Source: Paraspadella gotoi (Eukaryota; Animalia; Chaetognatha). Taken from it: DNA of 64,000 nt. The stretch is taken from positions 14,680,421-14,744,420 of the forward strand of contig CM119263.1 in the NCBI GenBank assembly GCA_051294375.1, given 5' to 3'. The notes under the pieces are model-generated. The model made no database searches, was not told where the DNA came from, and was given only the letters and a program-made list of their open reading frames with translations. Both the position numbers and the translations under genes were made by a program. Of this stretch, positions 1 to 13,200 are shown piece by piece; the first letter of the stretch is position 1, and each line of letters opens with the position of its first letter.

Positions 1-790
1 TAAACCAGTTTTAACCTCTATAGCAGGCTTTCTCAGTGTACGGCGATTGTGGGTTACGGAGAAGAGCGGGAGTTTAACCTGGATGTCTCTCTATACAAGA
101 CTTTCTCAGATGTAGGCACATTGGTAGGTCTGGAGAAGAGCGGGAGTTTAACACTGAAAGGTCCTCTCTATAACAAGATTTCTCAGTGGTAGGCGATTGG
201 TGGGTCGCGTAGAAGAGTAGGAGTTTAACCTGGAGGTCCTCTGCTATACAAGCTTCTCAGTGAGACGATTGGTTGGCTCTGAGAGAAGAGCGGGAGTTTA
301 AACGCTGGGAGGTCTCTCTATACAAGCTTTCTCAGTGTGGACTAATTGGTGGGTCCGGAGAAGGAAGTGGGAGTTTAACCGCGGAGGTTCTCTCTATACA
401 CAGCTTTGCTGAGTGTAGGCGTAATTGGTGGGTCTGGAAAAGAGCGGGAGGTTTAACCTGGAGGTCTTCTAATACAAGCTTTCCTCAGGTGTAGGCCAGA
501 TTGGTGGGTCTGGAAGAAGAGCGGGGAGTTTAAAAACCTGAAAGGTCTTCTTTATACAAGCTTTCTCAGTGTAAGAGCGATTTAGTAGAGTCGCGGAGAA
601 GAGTGGGAGTGTAAACCTGGAGGTGCTTCTAATAGCAAGCTTTCTCACAGTGTATGGCGATTAGTGGGGTCGCGGAGAAGAGCGGGAGTTTAACCTCGGA
701 GGTCTCTCTATACTAGCTTTCTCAGTGTAGAGCTATTGGTGGGTCGGAGAAGAGCGGGTGTTTAACCCTGGAGGTCTCTCTATACACAAG
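1..790. repeat. 71-bp minisatellite, indel-rich copy
   Basis: Tandem units of GTGTAGGCGATTGGTGGGTCCGGAGAAGAGCGGGAGTTTAACCTGGAGGTCTCTCTATACAAGCTTTCTCA with many indels; same unit as 5253-6003. Confidence 0.9.
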
Positions 791-2293
791 TTATACGAAG
801 CTTTTCTCGTGGGGGAGGGGGAAGGGAGGTCATAAAACAGGTGGGATGTTTGCAAAGGATAAAATCCGGCGAGGAGGGAGAAGAGAGAGAGAGAGAATTA
901 ATAAGTCTTAAAAATAGTAACTACTTTTTGTCGAATAAGCCCTCGGGGTTTGGTTTTAAAATGAAACCCGGGATAAACTTTCGTAATAAATAAATTTTTA
1001 AATGATACGGCTAGGCCTACGGGAGAGGGATCTTGAAATGAAGTTCGTGATAATACTATTTAAATAAAATAAAAATTAGGAGATTATGCTAGGTTTTAAC
1101 ATTGTTATCATTTCGTGACTCATTTTAAAAATTAAACACGATTTTGTCGCGTTCGATTCGGAGAAATCTGAATAGAGACGACGACGCGAGATCGTCATGA
1201 TGCTGAAGATTTTTTGACTTAAAATGGATTCGAATTCTTCGTTCCGAATTGAAACGAAAATTGAATTCGGTACGCATCCGACAGGTCGACGCGTATTTTC
1301 GGCGTTGGCGTAATGTCGCCGTTCTCTTCCGAAGGGAATAGGCCGACGAAAAGAGGGCGATGGGAGCAAAAATGGCGGTGTGGTCGTGGGAGGCGTCTGG
1401 GGGAACACTCGTCGGTGAAACTTTCTTTCGCCTTGGATGGGTTGTGAACGTTGTCGGCTGCGGAGTGGTGGGATGAGACATCGCGGCTGTGCCGGCGGTG
1501 GTAAGCCGCGGCGGGCGCTGGCGGCGGTGCTGGCGGCACTCGTCATGCGAATCAAACATCGAATGACTGATGCGCCATCGGGATTCACCCAGCGCTTCAT
1601 CGTCTCTTCCCGGGGAGGGAGGGGTCGAAAGGGACAAGGAATAAAAGAGAAAGAGGGGGGAAAGAATATTAGGGAAAGGAAATAAGGAAAAGAGAAGAAA
1701 GAAAGGCGGGTGAGATTCTAAGAAAATAGATACATGATTGCTAAAAGAGGATTTGATGGGAACATTTCTGACTGAAAAAGTAAATGTAGAAAATGTGAGT
1801 AGAATAATAGAAAGAGAATAAGATGAAAGAATTGAAAAATGTTGTAAAAGAAATAAAAGAAAGAAAGAAAGAAAGTAAATAAATTAATAAATAAATAGAT
1901 TAAATAAATAAATAAAAAGAGACAATATATAAAATATAATAAAAATGAGACATGAAGAAAGTTTCTTATTGAAAATAATGAAAATAGTAAGTAGGAAAAT
2001 ACATAAATGATAAATAGAAAAAGTAAAAAAAAGAGAATTGTGGAACGAGAAAGGAAAGGAAGAAGGACTTTGCAATCAAACCCCTTCTCTCCCATTTCCA
2101 GCGAGAATCACATTCCGTGAAAACTCTCACGCTCGTTCGCTCGTTTAATGAATCGCGCGACGCAAAAGGCGAAGCGTCGCGAACGAAAGGAGAAAAACAG
2201 AGAAGACGTGAAAATTTTAATGACGACGAAAAAAGAAAGTTTAAAAAAATGGGCGCCGGGTGTGGGAGAAAAATGCCGGGAAAGCGTTGGGGG

Positions 2294-2345
<52 letters not shown>

Positions 2346-2348
2346 AGA

Positions 2349-2383
<35 letters not shown>

Positions 2384-2603
2384 GAGTTGGACGAAAAACA
2401 CGGAGAGAAGAAAGAAATGGAAAGGAGTGTGAGGGAGATACAGAAGAGAGAGAGAGAGAGAAGATTGATTTCGCGCGAGGGATGGAAGAAATAAATAGGG
2501 CCCAAGAAGAAGAAGTATCAAGGTCGTCATCTCTCTCCTCTTCTCCTCTTGCTCATCAACTCACGTCACTCTCCTCTCTCTCTCTCTTCGTCATCTCTCG
2601 GTC

Positions 2604-2640
<37 letters not shown>

Positions 2641-4586
2641 TTCTCTCTCTCTCTCCTCTCTCTTTTCTGCTTCCCCTCCCTCCCTCTCACTCGCCATTAA
2701 AGGATAGAGAAGAGGGAGAATCTGGAAAGAAGGGAGTAGAGAGACAATAATGGGCGTTGCCTTTCGTCCTTGGCTTCGTATTCTCGAAATAATGTGGAGA
2801 CGCGAAGTAACAAGATGCAAACATTCGCTCGTGAGGACGATCGTCGTTCAAGGAGCGAAAAGAGAGAGAGAGAAAGTGATAAAGAGAGACAGAGACAGAG
2901 ACAGAGAAGGAGAAAAAAGCCGCATGGTGGTAGGACGGGGAAATGGATTGGGCTGTCTGAAAGGCGCTTGTGGTCAGAGGGTGAAGTCGAATGGCGGTGA
3001 TGGTGAAGATTGGCAAAAAAGGGCGTTTCCCTGGGTCGCCTCAAAGAACAATAGGCGATAAAGTCGTTGTGGATGGATGCGGAGCTGAGACTAGGGAAGA
3101 AAGGCGGGTTGGTAACGGCTATAAATGGCAAAGCATTTGGTTGGGCTTCGCGCACGAAATATTCGGTTGGGTTTAATTACTTTCAAATACGTGTTGGTTG
3201 AAATTGCGAGTCAAGAGTTTCAACAAAACGAAAAGAATTAAAACAGAGTCCTAAGAAAAATTTTTAGACAATATTAAAAGCTTTTGTCTGTTCTGTCTGT
3301 TCGTGACCGATCATTGAGCATTACATTTTAACGAAACGGAACAACTTTTCAAATCTTCATATAATTTTTTTCCTTTGCAAAGGATGATTGCGCCCCCCCG
3401 AAAAGACGGGAGATCGCGACCTTCCGAAAATGTTTGTGGATAATGATGAAAAAAACCTCGATTCTATTATTCGGGTTCCTGCCGTCGCCTCCGAAACAAG
3501 AAATCAATCTTGAAAAAGACGTTTTACTTCGCTGCCGCGGGCGAATAAGATGGCGCGGAGGGTATGAAAAGAAAAAGAAGGTTCGGGGAGGCGGAGCACG
3601 GGGCGTGGCGGAGCACGGAATAAACAAAGAAGAAAATATCGGGGAATTTCGATAGCGCGACGAAAAGCGACATCGTTTCTCCGTTTAATATTCGCGTTCG
3701 AACTCCCTTCCCATTCTCCGATTCTCCGCTTCTTCTCCTTTTAATTCCTCAAGACGCGTTTTTACCGTCTTTTTGTTTCGTTCAGAACGCCGGGGCAGAG
3801 GGAGCGGAAGTGTGAGAAGTTGGGGGGATGGGTGAGAGAGTAATGGGGTCGAATGGTCTGCAAGGCAGCTTTGGTGTGCAGCACTGTAGTAGCACATATG
3901 TGTACAGAGTACAGAGTACAGTAAGAAAGGACAGGCCCCCGCGAGCCCATAACTAAGCTTTCTGCTTCATCATGACCTGGGCGAAAAATTCGAACCAACT
4001 TGGCCATGTCGCCCTTGTCCTTGATTAATTTTTTGTTCATAGTCCGAGGCCGAATCTCTCCGTGGAATGCTGTTCTTGTGAGCTTTTCGATTATGGGTCA
4101 ACAGCGCACCCTACGTTGACATTTCGAATTTCGGAGATTAATGAGGTGTATTTTAGACACGAAGGTTTTTGGTGGGACCTCATCGACGGAGAATGCGCAA
4201 AAAGGTTTGACTGGATTTGCGACCGGAGAGCGACCTCTGCTTGGATACCAAAGTTTTGCCGTAGGTTTTCTTCTTGTTTTCGTTGGTGACCGTCAAAGCC
4301 AAGAACGATTGACCCCATTCTTTGACCTTGTTATACCATGGCATTCATAATGTCTTGATAGTAATTTGTCTTTCGTATTTTGCCCTTGCTGTTTCGTGCG
4401 TTGGCGTAGAACTTTTGCAGCCGAGTCGGCTTAGCAGCGCCTTACTTTCAGCGTTCAGCATCCGGTAATTCGATTCTCGTATATGTCGAGAGGAGTGCGC
4501 TGTGCGCGCTGACACATTGAAATTACTTACGGAGTGAAGCGAGAGATGGAGTGAGGTAAAGAGGCGAGTAAAGGGTAAAGTGGAAT

Positions 4587-4618
<32 letters not shown>

Positions 4619-4630
4619 GAGAGAGAGAGA

Positions 4631-4662
<32 letters not shown>

Positions 4663-5252
4663 AAAGAGAGAGAGAGACACTAGGAAAGCTTCAACAGGAG
4701 AAGCACAACAACATCATAGACCCGGAAAAATTACTGGACGATGAGGTGGACGGTCAAGAAAATGATTATGGATGTAAGCAAAAATATAGAGCAGAATTAG
4801 AAAAAAGGGCAAGAAGAAAAACAGGTTAATGTTAGAAAGTAAAAAAGGTTTAAAAGGTTAGAAGGTTAACAAGGTTAAAAAGGCTTAAAGTATTAAAAGG
4901 TGTACAAGATTAAATTGAGAGATATTTTGTTTTTTTTAGAGATATGAGAGATTGAATTAGACTGAAATGAATTCAGTTTTTTCTTAAGGAATATTTTTAA
5001 TTTTAATNNNNNNNNNNNNNNNNNNNNNNNNNTCTCCGCAGAAATACCAAGAGCAGGAAGACGCTCCTCCTCCTCCACCAAATCCTCTCATTGCTGCCGG
5101 AATTCCATCAACGAGTCAAACCAACATCAACATCATTCCGCCGACCACCGGGTAAATTGGGAAAGGGATTTGACTGCGGGGCTTTCGGGGGAGTCGAAAC
5201 GGGTAATTTGGAAGTGCATGGGGGGGATTTGAATATGGGTATGTGGAGGGGG

Positions 5253-6003
5253 GATAGGCGATTGGTGGGTCCGGAGAAGAGCGGGAGTTTAACCTGGAGG
5301 TCTCTCTATACAAGCTTTCTCAGTGTAGGCGATTGGTGGGTCTGGAGAAGAGCGGGAGTTTAACCAGTTTAACCTCTATACAAGCTTTCTCAGTGTAGGC
5401 GATTGGTGGGTTCGGAGAAGAGCGGGAGTTTAACCTGGATGTCTCTCTATACAAGCTTTCTCAGTGTAGGCAATTGGTAGGTCTGGAGAAGAGCGGGAGT
5501 TTAACCTGAAGGTCTCTCTATACAAGATTTCTCAGTGTAGGCGATTGGTGGGTCCGTAGAAGAGTAGGAGTTTAACCTGGAGGTCTCTCTATACAAGCTT
5601 TCTCAGTGTAGGCGATTGGTGGTCCGGAGAAGAGCGGGAGTTTAACCTGGAGGTCTCTCTATACAAGCTTTCTCAGTGTAGGCGATTGGTGGGTCCGGAG
5701 AAGAGCGGGAGTTTAACCTGGAGGTCTCTCTATACAAGCTTTCTCAGTGTAGGCGATGTGGGTCCGGAGAGAGAGGCGGGAGTTTAACGCTGGAGGTCTC
5801 TCTATACAAGCTTTCTCAGTGTAGGCGATTGGTGGGTCCGGAGAAGAGCGGGAGTTTAACCTGGGAGGTCTCTCTATACAAGCTTTCTCAGTGTAGGCGA
5901 TTGGTGGGTCCGGAGAAGAGCGGGAGTTTAACCTGGAGGTCTCTCTATACAAGCTTTCTCAGTGAGGCGATTGGTGGGTCCGGAGAAAGAGCGGGAGTTT
6001 AAC
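5253..6003. repeat. 71-bp minisatellite (about 10 units, runs into an N gap)
   Basis: CAGTGTAGG recurs at about 5321, 5391, 5462, 5533 and onward, a period of 70-71 bp. Confidence 0.95.
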
Positions 6004-9000
6004 CAAAAACACTGNNNNNNNNNNNNNNNNNNNNNNNNNNNNNNNNNNNNNNNNNNNNNNNNNNNNNNNNNNNNNNNNNNNNNNNNNNNNNNNNNNNNNN
6101 NNNNNNNNNNNNNNNNNNNNNNNNNNNNNNNNNNNNNNNNNNNNNNNNNNNNNNNNNNNNNNNNNNNNNNNNNNNNNNNNNNNNNNNNNNNNNNNNNNNN
6201 NNNNNNNNNNNNNNNNNNNNNNNNNNNNNNNNNNNNNNNNNNNNNNNNNNNNNNNNNNNNNNNNNNNNNNNNNNNNNNNNNNNNNNNNNNNNNNNNNNNN
6301 NNNNNNNNNNNNNNNNNNNNNNNNNNNNNNNNNNNNNNNNNNNNNNNNNNNNNNNNNNNNNNNNNNNNNNNNNNNNNNNNNNNNNNNNNNNNNNNNNNNN
6401 NNNNNNNNNNNNNNNNNNNNNNNNNNNNNNNNNNNNNNNNNNNNNNNNNNNNNNNNNNCCGCGGCGGCGCTGGCGGCGGTGCTGGCGGCACTCGTCATCG
6501 GATCAACTCGAATGACTGATCGCCATCGGGATTCACCCGCGCTCTCGTCTCTCCCGGGGAGGGAGGGTCGAAAGGGACAGGATAAAGAGAAGAGGGGGGA
6601 AAGAATATAGGGAAAGGAAATAAGGAAAAGAGAAGAAAGAAAGGCGGGTGAGATTCTAAGAAAATAGGAATACATGATTGCTAAAAGAGGATTTGATGGG
6701 AACCTTTCTGACATGAAAGTAAATGTAGAAAATGTGAGTAGAATAATAGAAAGAAATAAGATGAAAAGAATTGAAAATGTTGTAAAAGAAAATAAAAGAA
6801 AGAAAGAAATAAATAAATAATAAATAAATAATTAAATAAATAAATAAAAAAAGAGACAATATATAAAATATATAAAAATGAGACATGAGAAAAGTTTTTA
6901 TTGAAAATAAATGAAAATAGTAGTAGGAAAATACATAAATGATAATAGAAAAAAGTAAAAAAAGAGAAAATTGTGGAACGAAAGGAAAGGAGAAGGGACT
7001 TTGCAATCAAACCCCCTCTCTCTCATTTCCCAGCGAGAATCAACATTCCGTGAAACTCTCACGCTCTTCGCTCGTTTAATGAATCGCCGACGCAAAAGGC
7101 GAAGCGTCGCGACGAAAGGCGAAAACAGAGAAGACGTGAAAATTTTATGACGACGAAAACGAAAAGTTTAAAAATGGCGCCGGGTNNNNNNNNNNNNNNN
7201 NNNNNNNNNNNNNNNNNNNNNNNNNNNNNNNNNNNNNNNNNNNNNNNNNNNNNNNNNNNNNNNNNNNNNNNNNNNNNNNNNNNNNNNNNNNNNNNNNNNN
7301 NNNNNNNNNNNNNNNNNNNNNNNNNNNNNNNNNNNNNNNNNNNNNNNNNNNNNNNNNNNNNNNNNNNNNNNNNNNNNNNNNNNNNNNNNNNNNNNNNNNN
7401 NNNNNNNNNNNNNNNNNNNNNNNNNNNNNNNNNNNNNNNNNNNNNNNNNNNNNNNNNNNNNNNNNNNNNNNNNNNNNNNNNNNNNNNNNNNNNNNNNNNN
7501 NNNNNNNNNNNNNNNNNNNNNNNNNNNNNNNNNNNNNNNNNNNNNNNNNNNNNNNNNNNNNNNNNNNNNNNNNNNNNNNNNNNNNNNNNNNNNNNNNNNN
7601 NNNNNNNNNNNNNNNNNNNNNNNNNNNNNNNNNNNNNNNNNNNNNNNNNNNNNNNNNNNNNNNNNNNNNNNNNNNNNNNNNNNNNNNNNNNNNNNNNNNN
7701 NNNNNNNNNNNNNNNNNNNNNNNNNNNNNNNNNNNNNNNNNNNNNNNNNNNNNNNNNNNNNNNNNNNNNNNNNNNNNNNNNNNNNNNNNNNNNNNNNNNN
7801 NNNNNNNNNNNNNNNNNNNNNNNNNNNNNNNNNNNNNNNNNNNNNNNNNNNNNNNNNNNNNNNNNNNNNNNNNNNNNNNTCGCCATTAAAGGATAGAGAG
7901 AGGGAGAATCTGGAAAGAGAGGGAGAGAGAGACAATATGGGCGTTGCCTTCGTCCTTGGCTTCGTATTCTCGAATATGTGGAGACGCGAAGTAAACAAGG
8001 CAAACATTCGCTCGTGACGATCGGTCGTCAAGGAGCGAAAGAGAGAGAGAGAAAGTGAAAGAGAGACAGAGACAGAGACAGAGAAGGAGAAAAAAGCCGA
8101 TGGTGGTAGGCGGAATGGATTGGCTGTCTGAAAGGCGCTTGTGGTCAGAGGGTGAAGTCGAATGGCGATGATGGTGAAGATTGGCAAAGGGGCGTTTCCC
8201 TGGGTCGCCTCAAAGAACAATAGGCGATAAAGTCGTTGTGGATGGATCGGAGCTGAGACGAGGAAGAAAAGGCGGTTGGTACGGCTATAAATGGCAAAGC
8301 ATTTGTTGGGCTTCGCGCACGAAATATTCGTTGGGTTTTAATACTTTCAAATACGTGTTGGTTGAAATTGCGAGTCAAGAGTCAACAAAACGAAAGAATT
8401 AAAACAGAGTCCTAAGAAAAATTTTTAGACAATATTAAGCTTTTTGTCTGTCTGTCTGTCGTCCGATCATTGAGCATTACATTTTACGAAACGAACAACT
8501 TTTCAATCTTCATATAAATTTTTTCCTTTAGCAAGGATGAATTCCGCCCCCCCGAAAAGACGGGGAGATCCGACCTTCCGAAAATGTTGTGGATAATGTG
8601 AGAAAAACCTCGATTCTATATTCGGGTTCTCGTCGCCTCCGAAACAAGAATCAATCTTGAAAAAGACGTTTTACTCGCTCCGCGGGCGATAGATGGCGCG
8701 GAGGGTATGAAAGAAAAGAGGGGTTCGGGGAGGCGGAGCACGGGGCGTGGCGGAGACGGAATAACAAAGAAGAAAATATCGGGGAATTTCGAAGCGCGAC
8801 GAAAACGACATCGTTTCTCCGTTTATATTCGCGTTCGAACCTCCCTTCCCATTCTCCGATTCTCCGCTTCTCCTTTTAATTCCTCAAACGCGTTTTTCCG
8901 TCTTTTGTTTCGTTCAGGCGGCAGAGGGAGCGGAAGTGTGAGAAGTTGGGGGGATGGGTGAGAGAGATGGGTCGAATGGTCTGCAGCAGCTTTGGTGTAC

Positions 9001-9727
9001 ACACTGTACAGAGTACAGAGTACAGTAAGAAAGGACAGGCCCGCGCGAGCCTACAGCTTTCTCTTCATCATGACTGGCTAAAAATTCGAACCAACCTTGG
9101 CCATGTCGCTTGTCCTTGATTAATTTTTTGTTCATCCGAGGCGAATCTCCGTGGAATGCTGTCTTGTGAGGCTTTTCGATTATGGGCTCAACGCCCACCT
9201 AGTTGACATTTCGATTTCGGAGATTATGAGGTGTTTTTAGACACAAGGTTTGTGGGCCTCTCGNNNNNNNNNNNNNGATTATGAGGTGTTTTTAGACACG
9301 AGGTTTGTGGGCCTCTCGACCGGAGATGCGCAAAAGGTTTGACTGGATTTGCGATCCGGAGAGCGACCTCCCTTGGATCCAAAGTTTTGCCGTAGGTTTT
9401 CTCTTGTTTCGTTGGTGACGTCAAAGCCAAGACGTTGACATTCTTGGACCTTGTTATACCAATGTATTCATTGTCTTGATAGTATTTGTCTTTCGTATTT
9501 TGCCTGCGACTGTAGCAAGTGTTGCATTCGTGATTGCTGTTCCAGCTGTTTCGTCGTTGGCGGTAGACTTTTGCAGCCGAGTCGGCTGCAGCGCCTTCTT
9601 TCAGCGTTCACATCCGGTATTCGATTCTCGTAATGTCGGAGAGGAGTGCGCTCGTGCGGCGCGACACATTGAAAACACGGAGTGAGAGCGAGAGATGGAG
9701 TGGGTAGAGCGAGTAAAAGGGTAAGTG

Positions 9728-9779
<52 letters not shown>

Positions 9780-10197
9780 AAGCTTCAACAGGAGACACAC
9801 ACATCATGACCCGGAAAAATTACTGGACGATGAGGTGGACGTCAAGAAATGATTCCTTGATAAGAAAAATAATAGAGCAGAATTAGAAAAGGGCAAGAAG
9901 AAAACAGGTTAATGTTAAGAAAGTAAAAAGGTTTAAAAGGTTAGAAGGTTACAAGATTAAAATTGAGAATATTTTGTTTTTTTAGAAGATATAGAATTGA
10001 TTAACTGAATTGATTCCGTTTTTTCATAGAATTTTTTTAATTTTATTTTTATGAAACCGATAAAAAGACTTAACTTTAAAATCATAAAGTTTGGCCAGAA
10101 TCATGGGAGTCTTTTAAAGTTCAGATGGAGCATGGGGTCTTAAGAGAGAGATTTTCATGTTTGAGGAAGTGAGGGAAAGTGAGAGAGAACGAGAAAT

Positions 10198-10249
<52 letters not shown>

Positions 10250-13200
10250 AAGAACGATGAGAGACAGAAAATGGAAACAGGGCATAAATTAAAAAGCCGA
10301 GGAAGAAAAACAATTAGCCGGAAAGCCGGGATAGCAGCGGACAAAAAGTTGGATGTTAACGAACGACGATAGGAATGAGAGCGGAAGGATTCAAAAGTTT
10401 TTTTAAAAAATGTTGAGAAGAAATGGGAGAAAAAAAGAGAGGGAGATAAATATGCAGTTTTCTCAAAATTAGTCGATGAGGCGTTGCCAAGTTGATGGAG
10501 GAAGTGCAAGTGCAAGTCTCGAAAGAATTAATTAAAATTATTGTACATGATGATATAATGTATCTTTTAACTTAATAATTCTCTCCCTATCAGACCGACG
10601 CGACCGACCGAAAAAAATATTTAAATGAGACGCGTTTTCTCTCGAATAAAAAAAATTGTTATGAAAAGAGACTCTCGTCTGTAAGAATCGGAGGAAAGGA
10701 AGGAAAGGTGAGACTCGGTTAGAGGAGAGAGAAATGGAGGAGACGGAGAAGGAAAGAAATAAAGAGGCGGAAGAAAAGGCAGAGAGAAGGAGAAGTTGGA
10801 AAAACTCGAATGAAGAAATCGTGGAATCTTTCCAGGAGGGAGAAAACAAATTAAAGAAACGGTAATTGATGTTTTCCTCGGAAAAGTGATTCTGCCAGAA
10901 AAACCGGAGGAAAAAAAATCTTTCTCGTCTTTCGTCTCTCTCTCTCCCTCTCTCTCTCAACATATCGGATGAGATTTTATGTCTTTCGTGAGGTTTCTTT
11001 TCTTTTTTTTTTAAATCTGGCGTCATTAACGGAGTAGCTAAAGTATACTACTATTACTTAAACCTTGTAAGAAGAATATAAATGACAGGAAATCATTTTT
11101 TACATTATATATAATATAGTTAAGTATCAATGACGCCTGCTGCTGACTTTTTTAAACGTTTCGTTGCGTTTGAAATTAAGGAAATTTTGTTTTGTTTACA
11201 AAAAATCAAGATGAAAAGAGTTTGACGACGACGACGTCAACGAAAGCAAAACTGTTTATCTCCCGGAAAAATAATTGATGACGGAATAATATTTTCAGAG
11301 GGTTGCGAGTGAAGAATGGAGTTTAAAAGAAGTTTAATAATAAAAGAAAGGTATAAATTTTGTACTAATAAAGTCAGGTAATTATATTTTTTGAAAATTT
11401 TCTCTTGATTTGCAGTTTTGTAAAGAAAAAACAAAATTGTGTAAATGTTGTAGTTAAAAAGTCAGATTGCCTAAACTGAAAAAAAAAAATCAAAACACGG
11501 AACAAAAATGGAGTCACCTCATGAAACTTGATGGATTTCAGTCCTTAGAAGGGAGAGTACCAGTGAAAGTGAACATTAAGAGAGTGAAAAGGGAACCAAG
11601 ATAGCAAGCTAGCGAGCGAAGAAGAAAGAAAGCAAACGAGCGAACAAGCAAGATTGGGTTTGGGAAAGATTTTCCGACGACGACATCTCGGTCAACTCTG
11701 TTCCGTCCATCGAACCGAGAAAGTCAAGTCGTCGTCTTCGTTGACTCGGAGGAGGAAGAAAGTCCACGTCACATTCGGTTGTTGTAACAATAACATAAGA
11801 TCCGGGGCGATATGTTGCGTCGAATTGCGTGAAGCGGTTCGAGATTGCCTCATTCCGAGTCATTCGGGAAGACGGGATGATAAAAGACGACGAACAACGG
11901 AACTCCCAGATGGGCTATCCTAAAATTATAACATAAGAAACGCGATCGTCGTTCAAGCATGCAAAAACAAACGTAAAACAAACACAACTAAAAAAAAAAC
12001 GAGGATCGGCCGCGAAAATTCGCTACGTAGCGACGCGTCTCCGTTTGATTAGTTGACATTTCGATTTCGCAGACCTGATTTGGATTTCTAATACCAGGAT
12101 TAGCGAATGGAGACGCGACCGAGAGGATCTAATCCTTCCCTCGTTACGTCTGGAATCTCGGCTCGATTTCCGGGTCATCGTGACGTTAGCGAAAGCCTCT
12201 CGTAATTTCCTTTGTCTTGTCAACGTTAAATGGTCCGTCGCATTGTGACAATGAGCGCGGCGTCTCTCTGGTACCGGCCTCGATCGCCGCGTAGTTTATC
12301 GCGTATTCCCGATGCTTATCGAAAACGTTGCGCCGTTTCTCGCCATGTTCGCCCGGGCGAAAGGCTCGGGGAATCCAACCGCGGGAGGCCCGGGGAGGGG
12401 GTTATTCAGCGGGAGAGGCGATGCGTCGAAGCCGGATGGCGGGGTCGTTTCCGTCGCCGAGGCGCTCGGGAAATATTCGTCGTTAATGGCGCTCGTTGGA
12501 CCGAGAGAACATCGCCAATCGGACCGGAGTCGGCGCCGTTTCATGGCCCCGTTCGCGGTTTATGACGGCGAAGGTAGTTGCGGCGTTTATCGCGGGGACC
12601 GCGCGGGGGTAACTGCCGCGATTGTGTTTACGATCGTAACCGTTGACTGAGGGCGACTATCGACGAGGGGTAATTTTATTAGTTAAGTTTTAAATCCAGT
12701 TGATGAAATTATGCTATTAACGGTTTGTTTTCCACATTAAACGGAATGGTCTGACCGTGAAACGGGGGTAATTTTTATCGAAGATGACGAGCCGTATCTT
12801 TCTGTGAAGCATGGACTGACTCGCTCCTCCGATTTCGGTTATCATTTTTGGTCGTAGCTTCAGTCGTGCCATGTACCGCCTCCTTAATTTCGGTGATGAG
12901 GTATTTGTCATTTACATTCCTCCGCCGCGGACGAGACGCTGTCACGGTCGCCGTCGTTCGGCGTTAGATTCCGCCCCGTCGTCCGTTGTCCCGCGTTGAC
13001 GTCCGGCGGAACCGGAGGCGAGAACAGTTACGCTTCCCTCCCGCGGAGATTCCCCCGCGGATCGAAAACGCCGCGCATAAAATGGGAATAAAAGCGTTTG
13101 AGGGGAGGAAGAGAGAGGAAATAGGAAATGATGAAAGAAAGAAAAAAAAGAAAAGAAAAGAGCCAGCCAACGAGCCAACCAACGAGCCAACCAGATAAAC

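Larger units (their letters stand above)
1..10030. repeat. About 5-kb direct duplication (1-5007 vs about 5360-10030), probably an assembly artefact
   Basis: 6459-7185 matches about 1506-2260 and 7880-10030 matches about 2691-5007. Differences are mostly small indels and the copies are separated by a 25-N gap. Confidence 0.85.

Noticed and set aside
5253-6003. 71-bp array as a CRISPR array or tandem ribozyme (retrozyme) array
   Set aside because: Units are identical along their whole length with no unique spacers, the context is eukaryotic, and I found no CUGANGA/GAAA or twister core on either strand.
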